Assembly (NCBI GenBank): GCA_965203515.1
Contig: OZ241907.1
Span: 3,552,001-3,616,000, forward strand
Direction: 5' to 3'
From: Spirochaetia bacterium
Lineage (GTDB): Bacteria > Spirochaetota > Spirochaetia > SZUA-6 > Bin103
Length of the DNA stretch: 64,000 nucleotides
Positions 39,870 to 49,939 of this stretch are shown piece by piece. How positions within the stretch are numbered: the stretch's first letter is position 1; each line of letters starts with the position of its first letter. Made by a program: the position numbers and the translations under genes. The notes beneath the pieces were generated by a model. It made no database searches. It saw only the letters and a program-made list of their open reading frames with translations, and was not told where the DNA came from.

Positions 39870-41099
39870 CTACCGCTGAGTACGGGGCCGCGGCGGTCGG
39901 TTCGGCCGCCGATCGACCAGGAGGCGCTCCCGCACGCCGACCGCCGCGGCGAGCGCGCCGCCGATCAGCACGTCGACCGCCGCGCCGATCGCGATCAGCA
40001 GCGGCAGCACCGGTTCGACCACCAGGAAGCTCTCTTCCCGCCCCTGACCGTAGTGAGCGGCAAGGAGCGTCAGGGCGGCCGTGACGGCGCCGCCGGGAGC
40101 GGCCGGCAGGGCGAATGACAGCACCGAAGCGGCGCCGATGATCCACAACACCTCGCCGACGGCCAGCGCCATGCCCGAGTAGGAGCGGAGTATCACGGTA
40201 AAGGCAGCGGCCGCCACCATGGCGGTCCCGGCCCGCCCGAACATCGCGGTCAGCGGGAAGGCCGCGCCGGCCAAGCGGTTGGAGACGCGCAACTCCTCGG
40301 TCCCGTACCGGGTCAACGCCGCCAGGGCCGCGTGGTGGTGGCCGGTGGCGATGGCGGTGAGCGCCGGCACGGTCAGCGCGGAGAGCGGCGGCAGGTCCGC
40401 TCGCGCGCGGCGGAGCGCGCGCCACCCCAGCGACAGAAGGCCGATCACCAATCCCAGGTCGATCGCCAGTACCAGCAGCAGCTCGACGTACGGGCCGATC
40501 CCTGCCGCCGCCAGCGCCGCGGCCAGCGAGGCGCCGCCCAGCAGCAGCACCGCCCAGAGGTGGGCGGCGACCAGGGAGTTGATCCGATGGAACAGACGCG
40601 CCAGCGCCGTGGAGAGCTCGACGACCGCGGCGCTGGAGCGGTCGTCGGGAATGCTCAGGCCGATCACCAGGGCGATCAGATATACTGGCAGCAACAGCGC
40701 TCCGTCGCCGGCCAGACCGGCGAAGAGATTGGTCGGCAGCGCCTGCTGCAGATGCTCGACGACGCCCGGCACCGGGGCGGCGGCGCGGTCGACGACGATG
40801 ATGGGGATCCGCTCGGGTGACGCGGCCAGCACCGACAGAACGCCGAGCGCCGCCAACGCCGTCGCGGCGGCCGCCTGCCCGGCGATCAGCCATGCGTGGG
40901 TGCGCAGGACGCCGCGGCGTCCCAGCTCGCGGGCGCCGGCTACCAGCCCAAAGAAGACCATCGGAAAGACGAACACCTGCACCGCCCGGACCGCCAGGCC
41001 CGCGGCGGTATGCAGGACGGCGGCCAGCGGCTGGTGGAACAGGGCGCCGAGCGCCGCTCCGGCGGCCAGCGCCAGCGCCGCCCGCAGGACCGGCGTCAC
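39870..41099 (-). CDS. Dicarboxylate/amino acid:cation symporter family protein
   Basis: Polytopic membrane protein with PMVFFGL, PTNLF, FPLTAMFGRAGTAM, resembling the SDF family. Confidence 0.7.
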   Translation of the reverse strand: MTPVLRAALALAAGAALGALFHQPLAAVLHTAAGLAVRAVQVFVFPMVFFGLVAGARELGRRGVLRTHAWLIAGQAAAATALAALGVLSVLAASPERIPIIVVDRAAAPVPGVVEHLQQALPTNLFAGLAGDGALLLPVYLIALVIGLSIPDDRSSAAVVELSTALARLFHRINSLVAAHLWAVLLLGGASLAAALAAAGIGPYVELLLVLAIDLGLVIGLLSLGWRALRRARADLPPLSALTVPALTAIATGHHHAALAALTRYGTEELRVSNRLAGAAFPLTAMFGRAGTAMVAAAAFTVILRSYSGMALAVGEVLWIIGAASVLSFALPAAPGGAVTAALTLLAAHYGQGREESFLVVEPVLPLLIAIGAAVDVLIGGALAAAVGVRERLLVDRRPNRPPRPRTQR

Positions 41100-41153
41100 G
41101 CCGTACCTCGGCAGGCAGGAGCGGGGAGGCGCCGAAGCAAGGGAGGAGCACGC

Positions 41154-41990
41154 ATGAAAGCGGTAATCGTCGCTGCCGGCTACGGCAGCCGGTTTCTGCC
41201 GGCTTCGAAGACGGTGCCCAAGGAGCTGTTTCCGATCATCGACCGGCCGGCGATCGACTTCATATTACAGGAGCTGCGCGAATCCGGGATCGAGGAGGTC
41301 CTGTTCATCACCTCGCGCCGCAAGCGCGCCCTGGAAGACTACGTCGACCGCGAGGTGGAGCTGGAGCAGGTCTTCGAGTCCGAGGGCGACGCCGTCAAGC
41401 GGCGGTCGATCGCCGTGCCGCCGGGCCGGTTCCTGTTCCTGCGCCAGGAGCGGATGCTCGGCACCGGCCAGGCGATCCTGCTGGCCGAGTCGTTCACCGG
41501 CGGGGATCCGTTCGTGGTCGTGTTTCCGGACGATCTGCATGTCGGCGGCCCGCCGCTCACCCGCCAGTTGATCGACGCCTACGATCGGACCGGGTGCAGC
41601 GTGCTGGCCGTCGAGCACGATCCGCCGCATCTGGAACGGTACGGCGTGGTGTCGTTGGCCGCCGACGGTCTGCACGTCACCGACATCGTGGAGAAGCCGC
41701 CGCCGGGCACCGAGCCGAGCCGCGACATCTCCATCGGCCGCTACCTCTATACGCCGGAGATCTACCCGGCGCTGCGGCGGCGATGGGAGCGCCATCGCGG
41801 CGGCGAGTTCAACTATACCGAGGGGGTGCGGGAGTTGGCGCGCGGCGGGCGGGTGGTGATCCGGCGCATGGACGGCCGCCGGCTCGATCTGGGCGCTCCG
41901 GCCGGCTACCTGCGGTCGATCCTGGAGTACGCGGCGACCGTGCCGGAGCTGGCGGCGGAGATCGAGGCGTTCCGCGCCAGCGCTTCGTAG
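41154..41990 (+). CDS. galU: UTP-glucose-1-phosphate uridylyltransferase
   Basis: AAGYGSRFLPASKTVPKEL, RQ..LGTGQA, VEKP, GRY. Confidence 0.88.
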   Translation: MKAVIVAAGYGSRFLPASKTVPKELFPIIDRPAIDFILQELRESGIEEVLFITSRRKRALEDYVDREVELEQVFESEGDAVKRRSIAVPPGRFLFLRQERMLGTGQAILLAESFTGGDPFVVVFPDDLHVGGPPLTRQLIDAYDRTGCSVLAVEHDPPHLERYGVVSLAADGLHVTDIVEKPPPGTEPSRDISIGRYLYTPEIYPALRRRWERHRGGEFNYTEGVRELARGGRVVIRRMDGRRLDLGAPAGYLRSILEYAATVPELAAEIEAFRASAS

Positions 41991-42805
41991 CCCTCGGCCT
42001 CGGCGCGCCGGCCGCGCTTGCGGGCGCCGGCCGCGTGGATCAGGCACTTGCGGGCGAGCTCCCGCCGCGCGATGGTCCGCTCCGGTTCGCCCCATCGGTC
42101 GGCCGCGACCAGCGGCGCCAGGGCGGCGATGCGGAACCGCTCGATCTGCCCGTACCGCTCCGATAGCTGGTCGCCATGGCCGGCCCGCTTGGTGACCAGC
42201 GGCCGGTCGCAGTACGCGACCGGGAAGCGGGCGGTCACCCGCAGCCACAGCTCGTAATCCTCGGCCACCTCCAGGTCTTCCCGAAACCCGCCGACCTCGC
42301 GCAGGACGGCGCGGCGCAGGACCACCGTGGACGGTCCGATGACGCACTTGCGCACCGATTCGGCAAAGATGCGGCCGGCCCGCCGGTGGCGTTGACCGGC
42401 CTGCGACACGGTCCTGCCGTCGCGTACCCAGTGCTCCCGGCAGTGGACGATCGGCGTCCCGGCATCGCCTGTCAGCCGCGCCATCTGCAGCGCCAGCTTG
42501 CCGGGCATCCACAGGTCGTCGGAATCGAGGAAGGCCAGGTAGTCGCCCGCCGCGATCGCCGCGCCGGCGTTGCGCACCGCGCCCGGCCGGCCGGTGTGGT
42601 CGATGCGGAGCGTGCGCAGGTCGCGCGCGGCGCGCAGCCGCTGCGCGGTGCCGTCGGTCGACCCGTCGTCCACGACGATCAACTCGATCGGCGCGTAGCG
42701 CTGCGCCCGCACCGAGTCGATCGCCTCCATCAGCAGCTCGGCGCGGTCGTGGGTCGGGATGATCACCGAGACCAGGGGGCGGGCGCTCGCGGACCGCATC
42801 GGCAT
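41906..42805 (-). CDS. Glycosyltransferase family 2
   Basis: VSVIIPT, VVDDGSTD, AFLDSDD, EDYELWLR. Confidence 0.9.
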   Translation of the reverse strand: MPMRSASARPLVSVIIPTHDRAELLMEAIDSVRAQRYAPIELIVVDDGSTDGTAQRLRAARDLRTLRIDHTGRPGAVRNAGAAIAAGDYLAFLDSDDLWMPGKLALQMARLTGDAGTPIVHCREHWVRDGRTVSQAGQRHRRAGRIFAESVRKCVIGPSTVVLRRAVLREVGGFREDLEVAEDYELWLRVTARFPVAYCDRPLVTKRAGHGDQLSERYGQIERFRIAALAPLVAADRWGEPERTIARRELARKCLIHAAGARKRGRRAEAEGYEALARNASISAASSGTVAAYSRIDRR

Positions 42806-42826
42806 CGATGGCGATAGTATGCACCC

Positions 42827-43399
42827 GTGGTCGGCGGTACCGGACCGGAGCGCGGTCGGCGCGGGACGGCGGGAGCGCCGGCGCCCGCCCCCGGGGTCGA
42901 GCGGGTGGCGCTGATCGGCTTCATGGGCGCCGGCAAGTCGGCGGTCGGCGCGGCGTTGGCGGCGGCGCTCGAGTGGCGGTTCGTCGATCTCGATCGCCTG
43001 ATCGAGGGAGAACAGGGGCGAACCGTACGGGAGATATTCGCGGCCGCCGGCGAGGCCGGCTTCCGCGCGGCGGAGACGACCGCGCTCTACCGGCTGAGCG
43101 GCGCCCGGCGGACCGTGCTGGCGGTCGGCGGCGGAGCGCCGGTGCAGCCGGCGAACCGCGCGTTCTTCCGCGACTGGACGACCTTCTACCTGGCCGCGCC
43201 GCTCGTCGAGCTGCGCGAGCGGGCCGGCAGGCCGGGCAATCGGCCGCTGCTCGATCAGCCGGCAGCGCGGCTGCGCGCGCTGTACGAGCGGCGCGAGCCG
43301 GTCTATCGCAGCCTCGGCATCCGCATCGACACCGCCCGCAGACCGGTCAGCGCGGTGGCGGGCGCCGTGCTGGAACGGCTGCGCCGGCCGGCGCCGTGA
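42827..43399 (+). CDS. aroK: Shikimate kinase
   Basis: LIGFMGAGKS, DLD, GEAGFR..E, GGG, RPLL. Confidence 0.9.
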   Translation: MVGGTGPERGRRGTAGAPAPAPGVERVALIGFMGAGKSAVGAALAAALEWRFVDLDRLIEGEQGRTVREIFAAAGEAGFRAAETTALYRLSGARRTVLAVGGGAPVQPANRAFFRDWTTFYLAAPLVELRERAGRPGNRPLLDQPAARLRALYERREPVYRSLGIRIDTARRPVSAVAGAVLERLRRPAP

Positions 43400-44240
43400 T
43401 GCGCCCCCGCTCCCCGGCGTCCGTCGGGGGCGCCGGGCAGGCCCGGGGCGCCGGGCGCGCCGCCCACCGCGCCGCGTCTTCCGCGCGCTGCAGGGCTTCG
43501 ATCGCCGTCCCCAGATCGACGCGCCGCTCATAGATGGCGGTGCCGACGATCGCGCCGACCGCCGCCCCGTCCGCCCCGTCCGCCGCGACCGCCTGCAGGT
43601 CGGCCTGGGAGCCGATCCCGCCGGACAGCAGCACCGGCAACCCGGAGGCGTCCGCCGCCGCCCGCCCGCCGGCCCGGTCCGGGCCGCCCAGCATGCCGTC
43701 GCGGTCGACCGCCGTGTAGATCAGCCCGGCCAGCATCGAGCCGCGCAGGGCGCCGGCCAGCGCCCGCTCACCGCCCGCCGACTCCGACCAGCCCCGCACC
43801 TGCACCTGCCCCCCGCGGGCATCGACGCCGCCGATCACCCGCCCCGGCCAGCGCTCGGCCCAGGCCAGCACCTCCGCCGTACGCGTAGCGAGCGTCGTGC
43901 CGACCACCACGGCGTCGACCCCCAGGTCGAGCAGCGCTTCGGCGTCCCGGACGGTCCGTACCCCGCCGCCCACCTGCACGCGGACGCCGACCGCCTTGCG
44001 GATGCTGTCGATCACCTCGCGGTTGGCCCCGGCGCCGCTGCTGGCCCCGGCGCCGCTGCTGGCCCCGCCGCCGCGGGCGGCGTCCAGGTCGACCACGTGG
44101 ATCCACAGCGCCCCCTGCTGCTCGAACCGCGCGGCGACCGTCGCGGCGTCGCGGCCGTAGCGGCGCGCGCGCTCGAAGTCTCCCTGCTGCAGCTGCACGC
44201 AACGGCCGTCGAGCAGATCGATCGCGGGCACGATCAGCAC
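43347..44240 (-). CDS. hisA: ProFAR isomerase
   Basis: PAIDLLDGRCVQL, HVVDLDAA, QVGGGVR, DRDGML, SGG. Confidence 0.92.
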   Translation of the reverse strand: MLIVPAIDLLDGRCVQLQQGDFERARRYGRDAATVAARFEQQGALWIHVVDLDAARGGGASSGAGASSGAGANREVIDSIRKAVGVRVQVGGGVRTVRDAEALLDLGVDAVVVGTTLATRTAEVLAWAERWPGRVIGGVDARGGQVQVRGWSESAGGERALAGALRGSMLAGLIYTAVDRDGMLGGPDRAGGRAAADASGLPVLLSGGIGSQADLQAVAADGADGAAVGAIVGTAIYERRVDLGTAIEALQRAEDAARWAARPAPRACPAPPTDAGERGRITAPAGAAVPARRPPPR

Positions 44241-44247
44241 GGCGGCC

Positions 44248-44703
44248 TCAGTTGAGCGGCTCGAACGCCTGACTCAGCGTGCGCTCGATGGTGTCGGTGT
44301 CGGCGGCCGCTTCCCACAGGGCGGTCAGGCGCCCCTGGCGGCCCAGGCGGCAGATCGCCGCCAGCACCTGCAGGTACTCCGAGCGCTGCGCGGGCGGCGT
44401 CGCGAAGACGAACAGCAGGTGCACCGGCCGCCGGTCGACCGACCCGAACTCGATGCCGACCCGCGAGACCCCGACGGCGACCAGCAGCGACGACAGCCCC
44501 TGCAGCTCCCCGTGCGAGAGCGCGATGCCGCGGCCGACCGCCGTCGAGTGTATGCGCTCGCGGGCGATGACCGCGCGCTCGATTTCCTCACGATAGCGAC
44601 CGCTCAGCGCCGGCCACTGACTGATCACCTCATGGATTGCGGCCCATTTATCGCGGCTGGCCAGCTCGGGGACGACCGCAACGGAGGACGCGCAACGTTC
44701 CAC
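44248..44703 (-). CDS. PTS IIA (Ntr/Fru-type) domain protein
   Basis: RERIHSTAVGRGIALSH, GIEFGSVDRRPVHLLF. Confidence 0.85.
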   Translation of the reverse strand: MERCASSVAVVPELASRDKWAAIHEVISQWPALSGRYREEIERAVIARERIHSTAVGRGIALSHGELQGLSSLLVAVGVSRVGIEFGSVDRRPVHLLFVFATPPAQRSEYLQVLAAICRLGRQGRLTALWEAAADTDTIERTLSQAFEPLN

Positions 44704-44877
44704 GATATGGCCCCAGTATACCCGACCGATCGACCTTGATCGACGGCGCGGACTCCCGATGCGCGCGCACCGTCCGCCGAGGCGCCGCGCGGGTCGACTT
44801 GCCGGCCGGCGGTCGTCGGGGCTACGCTGACCGCGGCTGCAGGGCCCGGCGCGGCCCAGCCTCCAGGAGGACATCGC

Positions 44878-45537
<660 letters not shown>

Positions 45538-45643
45538 GCGCGGGCCCGGATCGACCGTGCGGCCGTGAGGCCGGCGGCTTGCCTCGACGGCCGCAGCCGC
45601 GTACCATGTGGGCGCGCGCAGTCGATGCGCGCGAAGACGTTGA

Positions 45644-45717
45644 GGGGGCGTAGCTCAGTTGGCTAGAGCGCGTGAATGGCATTCACGAGGTCGTGGGTTC
45701 GATTCCCGTCGCCTCCA
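45644..45717 (+). tRNA. tRNA-Ala(GGC)
   Basis: Acceptor stem GGGGGCG/CGCCTCC with G3:U70, anticodon arm CGTGA-ATGGCAT-TCACG, T loop GGTTCGATTCC. Confidence 0.95.
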
Positions 45718-45738
45718 TCAGGACGATCAGGTCGACGG

Positions 45739-46482
45739 ATGACGGAACCGATCAGGGAAGCGTTGGCGGCCGGCAGGCCGTCGCTCGGTTCGTGGCTCAA
45801 CCTCGGCTCGCCGCTGGCGGCGGAGGTGATGGCGGCCGCCGGCTACTCGTGGCTGGTCGTCGACGCCGAGCATACCGCCTTCGACCTCGGCCTCATCGCC
45901 CACACCTTCCGCGCCGTCGAGGCGCGCGGCGCGGTGCCATTGGCCCGCATCTGGGATCACGACCCGGTCACCATCGGCCGCGTTCTGGACGCCGGCGCCT
46001 GCGGTCTGGTGATCCCGCACGTCAGCACGCCGGAGCAGGCCCGCTCCATCGTCTCCGCCATGCGGTACCCGCCGGCCGGCACGCGCTCGCAGGGGACCGG
46101 CCGCTGCGTGACGCTGGCCGACGACTACCGGCAGCGCGCCAACGACATGCTGCTCTGCATCCCCCAGATCGAGGATCTGGAAGGGATCGACAACGCGGAG
46201 GCGATCGCCCGCGTCGACGGCGTCGACATCGGCTTCCTGGGGCCGGGCGACCTGGCGCTCTCCATGGGCGTCGGCGCGGGCGACCCCCGGCACGAAGCGG
46301 CGCTGCAGCGCTTCCGGGAAGGGTGCGAGCGGGCCGGCGTGCCGTGCGGCCTGCCGGTGCCGAACCCCGCGGACGTCCCGCGCCGCCTGCGCGAAGGATT
46401 CCGGTTCATCGACATCGCCAGCGACCTCCGCTTCACCGATTCCGCGGCGCGCGAGGCGTTGGCGCTGGCGCGGGCGGGGTAG
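45739..46482 (+). CDS. HpcH/HpaI aldolase family protein
   Basis: VDAEH, RVLDAGA, RYPPAGTRS, QIE, GPGDL. Confidence 0.9.
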   Translation: MTEPIREALAAGRPSLGSWLNLGSPLAAEVMAAAGYSWLVVDAEHTAFDLGLIAHTFRAVEARGAVPLARIWDHDPVTIGRVLDAGACGLVIPHVSTPEQARSIVSAMRYPPAGTRSQGTGRCVTLADDYRQRANDMLLCIPQIEDLEGIDNAEAIARVDGVDIGFLGPGDLALSMGVGAGDPRHEAALQRFREGCERAGVPCGLPVPNPADVPRRLREGFRFIDIASDLRFTDSAAREALALARAG

Positions 46483-46497
46483 GCGCGCAGCGCCCGC

Positions 46498-46785
46498 CTA
46501 CCGTCGTCGTCTGCGCTGGAACAGCGGGTAGAGCTTCGACGAGAGGTCGATCTTGCGGTCGACCAGCTTGATCACCCGCCCGTACGCAAAGAACGATCCG
46601 GCCAGCCCGCCCAGGGTGAATACCACCAGCAGCGCCGACGCGACCCCCTGCGGGACCCCCTGCTGCGCCAGCCAGCCGACCAGCACGATGGAGATCAGCA
46701 CCACGACCACCATCATCGCCAGCGAGAACACGGTGGCGACCACCATGAAGACGGCCGTGTTCAGCGCCTTGTTGTTGTTGTTCAC
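46498..46785 (-). CDS. Small two-TM membrane protein
   Basis: GGAGGAG RBS, two hydrophobic helices, overlaps the lspA stop. Confidence 0.7.
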   Translation of the reverse strand: MNNNNKALNTAVFMVVATVFSLAMMVVVVLISIVLVGWLAQQGVPQGVASALLVVFTLGGLAGSFFAYGRVIKLVDRKIDLSSKLYPLFQRRRRR

Positions 46786-47354
46786 GTCTCCTCCTCCGGC
46801 GGATGCTCCGCCGGGCAGTCATCGGTCCGCCGCGCGCCGTTCCCGCGAACGCGGCGCCCGTGCGCCAGCGAGGTCGCCAGCAACAGGATGCAGGCGATCA
46901 CCACGGTCGAGTCGGCCAGGTTGAAGGTCGGAAACCGGCTGAAGCCCAGGATGCCGTAGAACTTCACGTCCACGAAGTCGACCACCCCGTCCGGCCGGGC
47001 GATGCGGTCGACGTAGTTGCCGATGCCGCCGCCCATGATCGCCGCCAGCAGCCAGCGCTGCAGGCGCGACAGGTCCGGGCTGGTCAGGTAGTAGACGGCG
47101 ATCAGGAGGATCGCCGCCAGCGGCAGTATGAGCAGCAGCACGCGGCGCAGGTCGTCCGGGATGGACCGGCCGATGCTGAAGGCGATGGCGGTGTTGCGGA
47201 CGTAGGTCAGGCGCACCACGTCGCCGATGACGGAGACCGGCCGTTCCGGCGGCAGGGTGGCGACCACGATCAGCTTCACGATCTGATCGGCGGCGGCCAC
47301 CGCCAGCGTGAGCAGCAGCGGCCGGTACCGCTCGCCGGCGCTCGCCGTGCTCAC
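46782..47354 (-). CDS. lspA: Lipoprotein signal peptidase
   Basis: DQIVK, NTAIAFS, GGIGNYVDR, VVDF, FNLAD. Confidence 0.93.
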   Translation of the reverse strand: MSTASAGERYRPLLLTLAVAAADQIVKLIVVATLPPERPVSVIGDVVRLTYVRNTAIAFSIGRSIPDDLRRVLLLILPLAAILLIAVYYLTSPDLSRLQRWLLAAIMGGGIGNYVDRIARPDGVVDFVDVKFYGILGFSRFPTFNLADSTVVIACILLLATSLAHGRRVRGNGARRTDDCPAEHPPEEET

Positions 47355-48133
47355 AGCCCGGTCGGCAGGTCGATGAAGGTGGTGGCCAGCCCGGTGTGAG
47401 CGGCGGTGTGCTCCATCATGCTGCGCACGCCCCAGGTCTCCGTCGCGTAGTGGCCGGCGAAGACGACGTTGATGCCGGCCTCCAGCGCCTCGTGGTAGAC
47501 CTCGTGCGAGGCGTCGCCGGTGACGTACAGGTCGAGCCCGGCGGCGATCGCCTGACCGACGATCCGCGTGCCGCCGCCCGATACCAGCCCCACCGTGCGG
47601 ATGCGCTCGGCGCCGAACGGCAGCACCGCCAGGCACCGCTCACGGCCGCCGAACGGGGCGGCCAGCAGCTCGTCGAGGGTGGCGCCGTCGGGGTAGCGCG
47701 CCTCCGGCACGCGGCCGGCGACGCCGATGTCGACGTCGTGGTAGCGGCCGAAGGGCCGGCAGTCGGTGAGGCCGAGCGCGGCGGCCATGCCGGCGTTGTT
47801 GCCGAGCTGCGGGTGCGCGTCGAGCGGCAGGTGCACGGCGTACAGGGCGAGATCGCGTTCCATCAGCAGGCGGATGCGCCGATAGCGGCCGCCGGTAATG
47901 GTGCTCTGGCGGCCCCAGAACAGCCCGTGATGGACGAACAGCAGGTCCGCTCCCTGATCGGCGGCGCGGCGCAGCACCTCCAGCCCGCTGTCGACCGCGA
48001 ACGCCACGCGATCGACCGACGCGTCGGCGGCGCCGACCTGCAGGCCGTTCGGCGCCGCGTCGGCCGCGTCGGCCGCCTGCATCGGCGTGATGAGCGCGTC
48101 GCGGACGAATGCGTCGAAGTCGCTGATCAGCAC
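47351..48133 (-). CDS. Nif3-like dinuclear metal centre protein
   Basis: NGLQV, HHGLFW, HLPLDAHPQLGNN, GHYATE. Confidence 0.92.
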   Translation of the reverse strand: MLISDFDAFVRDALITPMQAADAADAAPNGLQVGAADASVDRVAFAVDSGLEVLRRAADQGADLLFVHHGLFWGRQSTITGGRYRRIRLLMERDLALYAVHLPLDAHPQLGNNAGMAAALGLTDCRPFGRYHDVDIGVAGRVPEARYPDGATLDELLAAPFGGRERCLAVLPFGAERIRTVGLVSGGGTRIVGQAIAAGLDLYVTGDASHEVYHEALEAGINVVFAGHYATETWGVRSMMEHTAAHTGLATTFIDLPTGL

Positions 48134-48202
48134 GGGGCGGCAGTATAGCGCGGATGCCGCGCCCTGCCGTAGAGGATGCGGAGCGCGGCGTCGAGGCTGG
48201 CC

Positions 48203-48487
48203 TCAGCCGCCGAGCGGATCCTGCAGGCGCTCGGCGACCCGGTCGATGACCGCGGCGGTGATGTAGTCGGGACTCTGGACCCGGGCCTTGAGATCGGCGA
48301 CCAGGTCGGCCCGGACATCCGGGCTGTTGTGGGCGATTTCCACCGCCGCGTAGAGATCGCCGACCGACCGGGCTTCCGGTGAGAGGTCGACCGAGTCGGC
48401 GGCCTGCGAAGGCGGGGTTGGCGTTGTCCGGTCGATGCCCTTGAGACCAGTGACCGGATCGATCGGACCGAGGGGGTCGACGGCCAT
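48203..48487 (-). CDS. flgM: FlgM-like anti-sigma28 factor
   Basis: 94 aa. DSVDLSPEAR and PDVRADLVADLKARV...Y pattern. Confidence 0.65.
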   Translation of the reverse strand: MAVDPLGPIDPVTGLKGIDRTTPTPPSQAADSVDLSPEARSVGDLYAAVEIAHNSPDVRADLVADLKARVQSPDYITAAVIDRVAERLQDPLGG

Positions 48488-48658
48488 CTGAGCGCTCCTT
48501 ACCTCGCGCGCAACCGCCGGCGGCAGCGCGCGTGTTGTCGGGCCTCCCCCCTCCCCATGAGGCGTCCGCGGCCATGCTGCCGCATGCGCGGCGCGCCGTC
48601 AACCCTCCCCGTCGACCGGTTCGCGGCGCCTGTCTTCGGGCGCTTGGCGCCGGTTCCC

Positions 48659-49444
48659 TCAGGCGTGCCAGCCGCCGGCGACCTTGAGGTTCTCCCCGGT
48701 CACGTAGGCGGTCTCCGGCCGCAGGAAGAACTCGACCGCGCCGTTGAGATCGGCATAGGTGCCGTAGCGGCCCTTGGGGATCGCCGCCGGTCCGCCCGGC
48801 GGCTTGGTCACCGAGTTCTCCATGATGCCGGGCGATACCGCGTTGACGGTGATGTCGCAGTCGGCGGTCGCCGCCGCCAGGCTCCGGGTCAGGATGAGGA
48901 TGCCGGTCTTGCCGACCATGTACGGCGCCAGCGTCGGCTGCGGGGAGAGCTTGTCGGCCGCCGAGTCGGCGATGTTGACGATGCGGCCGTAGCCGCGGCG
49001 GCGCATGTGCGGCAGCACCGCCCGGCAGACCAGGAAGGCGGCGGTCACCGTGGTGCGTATGGCGTGGTCCCACTCGGCCGGCTCCACCCGTTCGATCGGC
49101 TTCACCGCGAAGGCGCCGACGTTGTTCACCACCAGGTCGATGCGGCCGCTGCGCGCGACGATCCGTTCCACCAGCGCGGCCGTGTCGCCGGGGCGGGTGA
49201 GGTCGGCGCCCTCCGCGTAGCAGCCGGCCGCGCCGCCGCCCAGGCGCGCGGCCAGGGCGCGCGCCGCGGCGGCGCGGGTGTGGTAGTGGATCGCGACCGC
49301 CGCGCCGCAGGCGGCCAGGTGGGCGGCGATGGCGGCGCCGGTGCGGCGCGCGGCGCCGGTCACCAGCGCCACCTGTCCGGCGAAGGGCCGGGCCGAACCG
49401 GTCGGCCCGGCCGAACCGGTCGGCCCGGCCGATGAGCCGGTCAC
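48659..49444 (-). CDS. SDR oxidoreductase, FolM/pteridine reductase-like
   Basis: TGAARRTG, NNVG, Y...K, NAVSPG. Translationally coupled to folK. Confidence 0.8.
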   Translation of the reverse strand: MTGSSAGPTGSAGPTGSARPFAGQVALVTGAARRTGAAIAAHLAACGAAVAIHYHTRAAAARALAARLGGGAAGCYAEGADLTRPGDTAALVERIVARSGRIDLVVNNVGAFAVKPIERVEPAEWDHAIRTTVTAAFLVCRAVLPHMRRRGYGRIVNIADSAADKLSPQPTLAPYMVGKTGILILTRSLAAATADCDITVNAVSPGIMENSVTKPPGGPAAIPKGRYGTYADLNGAVEFFLRPETAYVTGENLKVAGGWHA

Positions 49445-49932
49445 GGCGCCGCGCGGGAGACGATCTGTCGGTACCGGAGCCGGTGCCGCCATGCGGCGAG
49501 CGGCCGGCCGCAGGCCGGGTGGGTGAGAGCCGGCGCGATGTCGAGCAGCGGCACCAGCATGAAGTCGCGCTCGGTCAGTCCGGGGTGCGGAATCGTCAGG
49601 CGTTCGCCGTCGATCGTGCGATCGCCGTACAGCAGGATGTCCAGGTCGATCGGGCGGGGGCCGCGGCGGACGGCGGTGCGCGTGCGGCCGAGCGCGCGCT
49701 CGATCGCCTGCAGGCGGTCGAGGAGCGCGTGCGGGGCGGCCGCGGTCCGTACGGCGACCACCAGGTTCAGGAACGGCGCCTGCTCGATCACCCCCCACGG
49801 CCGGGTGAGATAGGTGGGCGAGGCGCGGAGCAGCTCGACGACCGCGTCGAGCCGCGCCAGGGCGCGCGCCAGGTTGGGGCGCGGATCGACGTTCGATCCG
49901 CACGCGATGAAGGCGGTCGCCGCGGCGGTCAT
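49441..49932 (-). CDS. folK: 6-hydroxymethyl-7,8-dihydropterin pyrophosphokinase
   Basis: GSN, FLN, GPRPIDLDILLY, LTIPHP, RDFMLVPL. Confidence 0.93.
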   Translation of the reverse strand: MTAAATAFIACGSNVDPRPNLARALARLDAVVELLRASPTYLTRPWGVIEQAPFLNLVVAVRTAAAPHALLDRLQAIERALGRTRTAVRRGPRPIDLDILLYGDRTIDGERLTIPHPGLTERDFMLVPLLDIAPALTHPACGRPLAAWRHRLRYRQIVSRAAP

Positions 49933-49939
49933 CGGCCGC